From NCBI GenBank assembly GCA_964016885.1, contig OZ024743.1, forward strand, positions 99,014,001 through 99,078,000: a stretch of DNA of 64,000 nucleotides. The letters are read 5' to 3'. The notes beneath the pieces were generated by a model. It was not told where the DNA came from and ran no database searches. It saw nothing but the letters and a program-made list of their open reading frames with translations. Shown here piece by piece: positions 54,538 through 64,000 of this stretch; positions within the stretch are counted from its first letter, which is position 1; each line of letters begins with the position of its first letter. This DNA comes from Eledone cirrhosa. Lineage: Eukaryota. The translations under genes were made by a program, and so were the position numbers.

Positions 54538-55187
54538 CTCTCTCTTTCCCCCTATCTCTATCTCTTTCTATCTCCCCCCCCCTCTCTCTATATATATATA
54601 TATGCCAGCGTGGAAAAATGGACGTTAAATGGTGATTATGATTATGATGATATATAGGTGTTTACATACAAACAAACACATATATATCTTTATTTTGCTT
54701 CAACAACATCCTCATCATCATTTATACTCTGTTTTCCCAGCCAGCAAAAGTTGGATGGGTTGTCACAGATGGCTTAGATGGATTGAGGGCAGCATCTCAC
54801 TCACATATGTTCCGGAAGAGTGTACTGGGTGTATTTTATTATGGCACCAACAATAGGGAAGTTATCATGTCTTTGATACAACTGAAGAATCCTACCAACT
54901 GTTTGTTTGGTAGGTTTATAAACTGTGTATACACAGTGAAGCCACTTGGCTTAGTGGTAAGAGAATTGGATTTGCAATCGTAAAGTGATGAGTTCGATTT
55001 CCAGACCAGGCAACGTATTATGTCTTTGAGCAAGACACTTTATTTCATGTTGCTCCTTCTGCCAGGAGTTGTAACCATGAGATAGTATCAGCAATGGAAA
55101 GACCAATGGAAACATTGTTTCTTTGGTCCAACTTGATGAATACCGCTGCACTCGGTAAGTGAATGAGGTCTGGGGGTTTGTTAATCG

Positions 55188-55230
<43 letters not shown>

Positions 55231-57070
55231 TTTAGAAATAATTCCTGATACACTCAGTTGCAGTAAAAGTTTAGAATGTAAGCAAGCTGTTTTTTTTTTT
55301 AAAGAGAACTAAACAAATGATGAAAAACATAAAATCACGGAAGTGTAAAATATTCCCCAATAGATATTAGAGCTACATATGAACCAAATTAGGAAGAACT
55401 CTGGAAAAGGAAAGCTATAAGTCAACAAGTCGAAGATATATAGAATGTGAACTCAGTCTCTAAGAAACCCCAGACACCCGCTCCCCTCTTTCTAATAATG
55501 AGGTAGGGATGTAAATGAGATGTAAAAGGAGTTAGAAATCCTTGAATAGTTTCTAGAATATCTGCTTATCATTAGTTTGAGAAAGGATGAGGATCGAGTT
55601 AGGCCACAGGTAGTGAGGATGTAGGTAGACAACAGGTAGTATAGTGCTAGAATATTAGCTCAGACATTTGAAATAAGATAAGCAAGGAATACATGAAATG
55701 AAAAATGAAATTTGCAGCTTGCACCTATGCAGGTTTACATGGCCTTCTACAAGGCTGCATCTTATAGGAGATTTCTGGGGTGTTTTAGTGACTAAGGCTC
55801 TCAGTTCAATCACAAAAAGCAATATGAAATGAAGTGTACTTGCTCAAGAACACAATGCATCACCCATTCTGGGAATCAAACTCACAACCTCATTAATGTG
55901 AATCTGACACTCCTATCACTAAGCTACGTGCCTTCACAACAGCCTAACCATTAGGTCATATACCCTCAGAATTCACACCAAGTATTAGGTTTACCTAACA
56001 GGAAATGAAAAGCAGAAAGTTAAAGGGAATGAAAACTGTGAAAGTTTGCAATAGCAAGACCTTGTTCATTGGAACTATTATATCTCCAGGGGAAATGTTT
56101 CCTTCTCTTTTTATCAAATTTAAAACATAAACGTCTGAGAGTAAATAAGTCTACAGAAGGCCGCAGGATATGAAGTAGGAATGGAACAAGGAGACTTTAC
56201 CATATCTAAATTAAAGATCAGATGGAATATGGTGAGCGAATCAATTAAATGTGGTCAAATGGCTGGGAGGACATTTCAGTTGTGTCAAGAAGGTGACAAT
56301 CTTCTTAGTGCTGGTGTCATGATAGAATGTACTCAATACACAGTACACTCTATAAAGTGGTTGGCATTAGAAAGGGTATTCAGGGGTAGAAACCATGCCA
56401 AAACTCGGAAAGTATGATGTGGCTCCTTGTCTCTAATTATATAAGTACTGACACGGTCTATGACCACTCGTCCAACTGTTGCCATATGGAGAAATGCACA
56501 TGATTATAATAAGGTCTAGAAATGCAGTAGAACTGGGATAGTTACTTACTGAACAAATATGTAAAATTGTACTTGAAGGAATATACTACTAAAGACAGGT
56601 GTAATATCATCATTGTTAATAGTAGTTGTATAGATAAGAACTAGCCTAATACATAACCTAAGGGATCAAATAACTGTTTCTACTTTTGGCACAAGGGCAG
56701 CAATTATATCAGTATATTACTGGTACTTTATTTTTTAGACCCCGTAAGGATGAAAGGCAAAGTTAACCTCAGCAGCATTTGAACTCAGACAATAAAGGGC
56801 CATAACTGGTCTGAGGGAACAAATAGTGAATGCAATTGAGAGTCATTACGATGTTAGCAGTTAGAGTAGAGTGGTGGAGAGAATGAAACAAGGTTTTGAT
56901 CTAAGGCATAGAAAAGTGGGGGAAAAGAAAGTACTTGACACCACCAATAAATAAATACACAGCAAGTGCTGGTGGAACTAGACATTGTAAGACAAAATGA
57001 CATGAAAATATATTCAGAACATTCACAGACACCACAAGTTAGCAACACAAAGAAACAACAACATTATTTT

Positions 57071-60000
57071 ACAACAATATATCTATCATGGGGTGTAGTT
57101 CTACTACTGTACAACAATATATCTATCATGGGGTGTAGTTCCACTACTGTACAACAATATATCTATCATGGGGTGTAGTTCCACTACTGTACAACAATAT
57201 ATCTATCATGGGGTGTAGTTCCATTACTGTACAACAATATATCTACCATGGGGTGTAGTTACACTACTGTACAACAATATATCTATCATGGGGTGTAGTT
57301 CCACTACTGTACAACAATATATCTATCATGGGGTGTAGTTCCATTACTGTACAACAATATATCTATCATGGGGTGTAGTTCCACTACTGTACAACAATAT
57401 ATCTATCATGGGTGCAGTTCCACTACTGTACAACAATATATCTATCATGGGGTGTAGTTCCACTACTGTACAACAATATATCTATCATGGGCTGTAGTTC
57501 CACTACTGTACAACAATATATCTAGCATGGGCTGTAGTTCCACTACTGTACAACAATATATCTATCATGGGGTGTAGTTCCATTACTGTACAACAATATA
57601 TCTATCATGGGGTGTAGTTCCACTACTGTACAACAATATATCTATCATGGGGTGTAGTTCCATTACTGTACAACAATATATCTATCATGGGGTGTAGTTC
57701 CACTACTGTACAACACTATATCTATCATGGGGTGTAGTTCCACTACTGTACAACAATATATCTATCATGGGGTGTAGTTCCATTAGTGTACAACAATATA
57801 TCTATCATGGGGTGTAGTTCCATTACTGTACAACAATATATCTATCATGGGGTGTAGTTCCACTCCTGTACAACAATATATCTATCATGGGGTGTAGTTC
57901 CACTACTGTACAACAATATATCTATCATGGGCTGTAGTTCCACTACTGTACAACAATATATCTATCATGGGGTGTAGTTCCACTACTGTACAACAATATA
58001 TCTATCATGGGGTGTAGTTCCATTACTGTACAACAATATATCTATCATGGGGTGTAGTTCCACTCCTGTACAACAATATATCTATCATGGGGTGTAGTTC
58101 CATTACTGTACAACAATATATCTACCATGGGGTGTAGTTCCACTACTGTACAACAATATATCTATCATGGGCTGTAGTTCCACTACTGTACAACAATATA
58201 TCTACCATGGGGTGTAGTTCTACTACTGTACAACAATATATCTATCATGGGGTGTAGTTCCACTCCTGTACAACAATATATCTACCATGGGGTGTAGTTC
58301 CACTACTGTACAACAATATATCTAGCATGGGGTGTAGTTCCACTACTGTACAACTATATATCTAGCATGGGGTGTAGTTCCACTACTGTACAACAATATA
58401 TCTACCATGGGGTGTAGTTCCACTACTGTACAACAATATAGCTAACATGGGCTGTAGTTCCACTACTGTACAAAAATATAGCTATCATGGGCTGTAGTTC
58501 CACTACTGTACAACAATATATCTATCATGGGGTGTAGTTCCACTCCTGTACAACAATATATCTATCATGGTGTGTAGTTCCACTACTGTACAACAATATA
58601 TCTATCATGGTGTGTAGTTCCACTACTGTACAACAATATATCTATCATGGGCTGTAGTTCCACTACTGTACAACAATATATCTATCATGGTGTGTAGTTC
58701 CACTACTGTACAACAATATATCTATCATGGGCTGTAGTTCTACTACTGTACAACAATATATCTATCATGGTGTGTAGTTCCACTACTGTACAACAATATA
58801 TCTACCATGGGGTGTAGTTCCACTACTGTACAACAATATAGCTATCATGGGCTGTAGTTCCATTACTGTACAACACTATATCTATCATGGGCTGTAGTTC
58901 CACTCCTGTACAACAATATATCTATCATGGGGTGTAGTTCCGTTACTGTACAACAATATATATATCATGGGGTGTAGTTCCACTACTGTACAACAATATA
59001 TCTACCATGGGGTGTAGTTCCACTACTGTACAACAATATACCTATCATGGGGTGTAGTTCCATTACTGTACAACAATATATCTATCATGGTGTGTAGTTC
59101 CACTACTGTACAACACTATATCTATCATGGGGTGTAGTTCCACTACTGTACAACACTATATCTATCATGGGTGTAGTTCCACTACTGTACAACAATATAT
59201 CTATCATGGGGTGTAGTTCCACTACTGTACAACACTATATCTATCATGGGGTGTAGTTCCACTACTGTACAACACTATATCTATCATGGGGTGTAGTTCC
59301 ACTACTGTACAACAATATATCTACCATGGGGTGTAGTTCCACTACTGTACAACAATATACCTAACATGGGCTGTAGTTCCACTACTGTACAACAATATAT
59401 CTACCATGGGGTGTAGTTCCACTACTGTACAACACTATATCTATCATGGGGTGTAGTTCCACTACTGTACAACAATATATCTATCATGGGGTGTAGTTCC
59501 ACTAATGTACAACAATATATCTATCATGGGGTGTAGTTCCACTACTGTACAACAATATATCTATCATGGGGTGTAGTTCCACTACTGTACAACAATATAT
59601 CTATCATGGGCTGTAGTTCCATTACTGTACAACAATATATCTACCATGGGGTGTAGTTCCACTACTGTACAACAATATATCTATCATGGGCTGTAGTTCC
59701 ACTCCTGTACAACAATATATCTATCATGGGCTGTAGTTCCACTCCTGTACAACAATATATCTATCATGGGGTGTAGTTCCATTACTGTACAACAATATAT
59801 CTATCATGGGCTGTAGTTCCACTACTGTACAACAATATATCTATCATGGGGTGTAGTTCCATTACTGTACAACAATATATCTATCATGGGGTGTAGTTCC
59901 ATTACTGTACAACAATATATCTACCATGGGGTGTAGTTCCACTACTGTACAACAATATATCTATCATGGGGTGTAGTTCCATTACTGTACAACACTATAT

Positions 60001-63000
60001 CTATCATGGGCTGTAGTTCCACTACTGTACAACACTATATCTATCATGGGGTGTAGTTCCACTACTGTACAACAATATATCTACCATGGGGTGTAGTTCC
60101 ACTATTGTACAACAATATATCTACCATGGGGTGTAGTTCCACTACTGTACAACAATATATCCATCATGGGCTGTAGTTCCACTACTGTACAACAATATAT
60201 CTATCATGGGGTGTAGTTCCACTACTGTACAACACTATATCTATCATGGGGTGTAGTTCCACTCCTGTACAACAATATATATATCATGGGGTGTAGTTCC
60301 ACTACTGTACAACAATATATCTATCATGGGGTGTAGTTCCACTACTGTACAACAATATATCTATCATGGTGTGTAGTTCCACTACTGTACAACAATATAT
60401 CTATCATAGGCTGTAGTTCCACTACTGTACAACAATATATCTACCATGGGCTGTAGTTCCATTACTGTACAACAATATATCTATCATGGGGTGTAGTTCC
60501 ACTACTGTACAACAATATATCTATCATGGTGTGTAGTTCCATTACTGTACAACAATATATCTATCATGGTGTGTAGTTCCACTACTGTACAACAATATAT
60601 CTATCATGGGCTGTAGTTCCACTACTGTACAACAATTTATCTACCATGGGCTGTAGTTCCATTACTGTACAACAATATATCTATCATGGGCTGTAGTTCC
60701 ACTCCTGTACAACAATATATCTACCATGGGGTGCAGTTCCACTACTGTACAACAATATACCTATCATGGGCTGTAATTCCACTACTGTACAACAATATAT
60801 CTATCATGGGGTGTAGTTCCACTACTGTACAACAATATATCTATCATGGGGTGTAGTTCCACTACTGTACAACAATATATCTACCATGGGCTGTAGTTCC
60901 ATTACTGTACAACAATATATCTATCATGGGGTGTAGTTCCACTACTGTACAACAATATATCTATCATGGTGTGTAGTTCCATTACTGTACAACAATATAT
61001 CTATCACGGGGTGTAGTTCCACTACTGTACAACAATATATCTATCATGGGGTGTAGTTCCACTCCTGTACAACAATATATCTATCATGGGGTGTAGTTCC
61101 ACTCCTGTACAACAATATATATATCATGGGGTGTAGTTCCACTACTGTACAACAATATATCTACCATGGGGTGTAGTTCCACTACTGTACAACAATACAT
61201 CTATCATGGGGTGTAGTTCCACTACTGTACAACAATATATATATCATGGGGTGTAGTTCCATTACTGTACAACAATATAGCTATCATGGGCTGTAGTTCC
61301 ACTACTGTACAACAATATATCTATCATGGGCTGTAGTTCCACTACTGTACAACAATATATCTATCATGGGCTGTAGTTCCACTACTGTACAACAATATAT
61401 CTATCATGGGCTGTAGTTCCAGTACTGTACAACAATATATCTACCATGGGCTGTAGTTCCACTACTGTACAACACTATATCTATCATGGGGTGTAGTTCC
61501 ACTACTGTACAACAATATATATATCATGGGGTGTAGTTCCACTACTGTACAACAATATATCTATCATGGGCTGTAGTTCCCCTACTGTACAACAATATAT
61601 CTATCATGGGCTGTAGTTCCACTACTGTACAACAATATATCTATCATGGGGTGTAGTTCCACTACTGTACAACAATATATATATCATGGTGTGTAGTTCC
61701 ATTACTGTACAACACTATATCTATCATGGGGTGTAGTTCCACTACTGTACAACAATATATCTATCATGGGCTGTAGTTCCCCTACTGTACAACAATATAT
61801 CTATCATGGGATGTAGTTCCATTACTGTACAACAATATATCTATCATGGGGTGTAGTTCCACTACTGTACAACAATATATATATCATGGTGTGTAGTTCC
61901 ATTACTGTACAACAATATATCTATCATGGTGTGTAGTTCCACTACTGTACAACAATATATCTATCATGGACTGTAGTTCCACTACTGTACAACAATACAT
62001 CTATCATGGACTGTAGTTCCACTACTGTACAATAATATATCTATCATGGGGTGTAGTTCCACTACTGTACAACAATATATCTATCATAGGGTGTAGTTCC
62101 ATTACTGTACAACAATATATCTATCTATCATGGGCTGTAGTTCCACTACTGTACAACACTATATCTATCATGGGCTGTAGTTCCACTCCTGTACAACAAT
62201 ATATCTATCATGGGGTGTAGTTCCATTACTGTACAACAATATATCTATCATGGGGTGTAGTTCCACTACTGTACAACAATACATCTATCATGGGGTGTAG
62301 TTCCACTACTGTACAACAATATATCTATCATGGGCTGTAGTTCCACTACTGTACAACAATTTATCTACCATGGGCTGTAGTTCCATTACTGTACAACAAT
62401 ATATCTATCATGGGCTGTAGTTCCACTCCTGTACAACAATATATCTACCATGGGGTGCAGTTCCACTACTGTACAACAATATACCTATCATGGGCTGTAA
62501 TTCCACTACTGTACAACAATATATCTATCATGGGGTGTAGTTCCACTACTGTACAACAATATATCTATCATGGCGTGTAGTTCCACTACTGTACAACAAT
62601 ATATCTACCATGGGCTGTAGTTCCATTACTGTACAACAATATATCTATCATGGGGTGTAGTTCCACTACTGTACAACAATATATCTATCATGGTGTGTAG
62701 TTCCATTACTGTACAACAATATATCTATCACGGGGTGTAGTTCCACTACTGTACAACAATATATCTATCATGGGGTGTAGTTCCACTCCTGTACAACAAT
62801 ATATCTATCATGGGGTGTAGTTCCACTCCTGTACAACAATATATATATCATGGGGTGTAGTTCCACTACTGTACAACAATATATCTACCATGGGGTGTAG
62901 TTCCACTACTGTACAACAATATATCTATCATGGGGTGTAGTTCCACTACTGTACAACAATATATATATCATGGGGTGTAGTTCCATTACTGTACAACAAT

Positions 63001-64000
63001 ATAGCTATCATGGGCTGTAGTTCCACTACTGTACAACAATATATCTATCATGGGCTGTAGTTCCACTACTGTACAACAATATATCTATCATGGGCTGTAG
63101 TTCCACTACTGTACAACAATATATCTATCATGGGCTGTAGTTCCAGTACTGTACAACAATATATCTACCATGGGCTGTAGTTCCACTACTGTACAACACT
63201 ATATCTATCATGGGGTGTAGTTCCACTACTGTACAACAATATATATATCATGGGGTGTAGTTCCACTACTGTACAACAATATATCTATCATGGGCTGTAG
63301 TTCCCCTACTGTACAACAATATATCTATCATGGGCTGTAGTTCCACTACTGTACAACAATATATCTATCATGGGGTGTAGTTCCACTACTGTACAACAAT
63401 ATATATATCATGGTGTGTAGTTCCATTACTGTACAACACTATATCTATCATGGGGTGTAGTTCCACTACTGTACAACAATATATCTATCATGGGCTGTAG
63501 TTCCCCTACTGTACAACAATATATCTATCATGGGATGTAGTTCCATTACTGTACAACAATATATCTATCATGGGGTGTAGTTCCACTACTGTACAACAAT
63601 ATATATATCATGGTGTGTAGTTCCATTACTGTACAACAATATATCTATCATGGTGTGTAGTTCCATTACTGTACAACAATATATCTATCATGGTGTGTAG
63701 TTCCACTACTGTACAACAATATATCTATCATGGACTGTAGTTCCACTACTGTACAACAATACATCTATCATGGACTGTAGTTCCACTACTGTACAATAAT
63801 ATATCTATCATGGGGTGTAGTTCCACTACTGTACAACAATATATCTATCATAGGGTGTAGTTCCATTACTGTACAACAATATATCTATCTATCATGGGCT
63901 GTAGTTCCACTACTGTACAACACTATATCTATCATGGGCTGTAGTTCCACTCCTGTACAACAATATATCTATCATGGGGTGTAGTTCCATTACTGTACAA
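57071..64000. repeat. 40-bp tandem satellite, consensus acaacaatatatctatcatggggtgtagttccactactgt, about 173 units, open at the window end
   Basis: 40-bp period. The only indels seen are -1 near 57411, -1 near 59170 and +4 (ctat) near 62121 and 63885. Confidence 0.98.

Overview
AT-rich, repeat-dense animal genomic DNA, probably from a cephalopod such as an octopus (inferred from the repeat families and TA-microsatellite density, not proven). Layout: (1) 1-27024 is a 44-bp satellite of about 614 units with no net indel and multi-kb higher-order repeats; all long ORFs there are artefacts. (2) 27-38.4 kb is a TA/CA-microsatellite-rich zone holding an RTE LINE remnant, two MITEs, a decayed Penelope-like element with inverted pseudo-LTRs, a 32/36-bp minisatellite, hammerhead-ribozyme motifs and a 'long hairpin + tail' short element. 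(3) A 200-N gap at 38416-38615. (4) The last two coding exons of a TULP4 orthologue on the minus strand (44576-44385 and 40189-40073; the last is not called in its true frame by the ORF track), surrounded by tRNA-SINEs and RTE LINE remnants, one with a PHD finger inside the RT region. (5) 57071-64000 is a 40-bp satellite with a 1.7-kb internal duplication. The strongest leads are the four-copy, TA-embedded hairpin+tail family whose arms co-vary, and the hammerhead motifs. All analysis was by eye, with no searches or folding runs.
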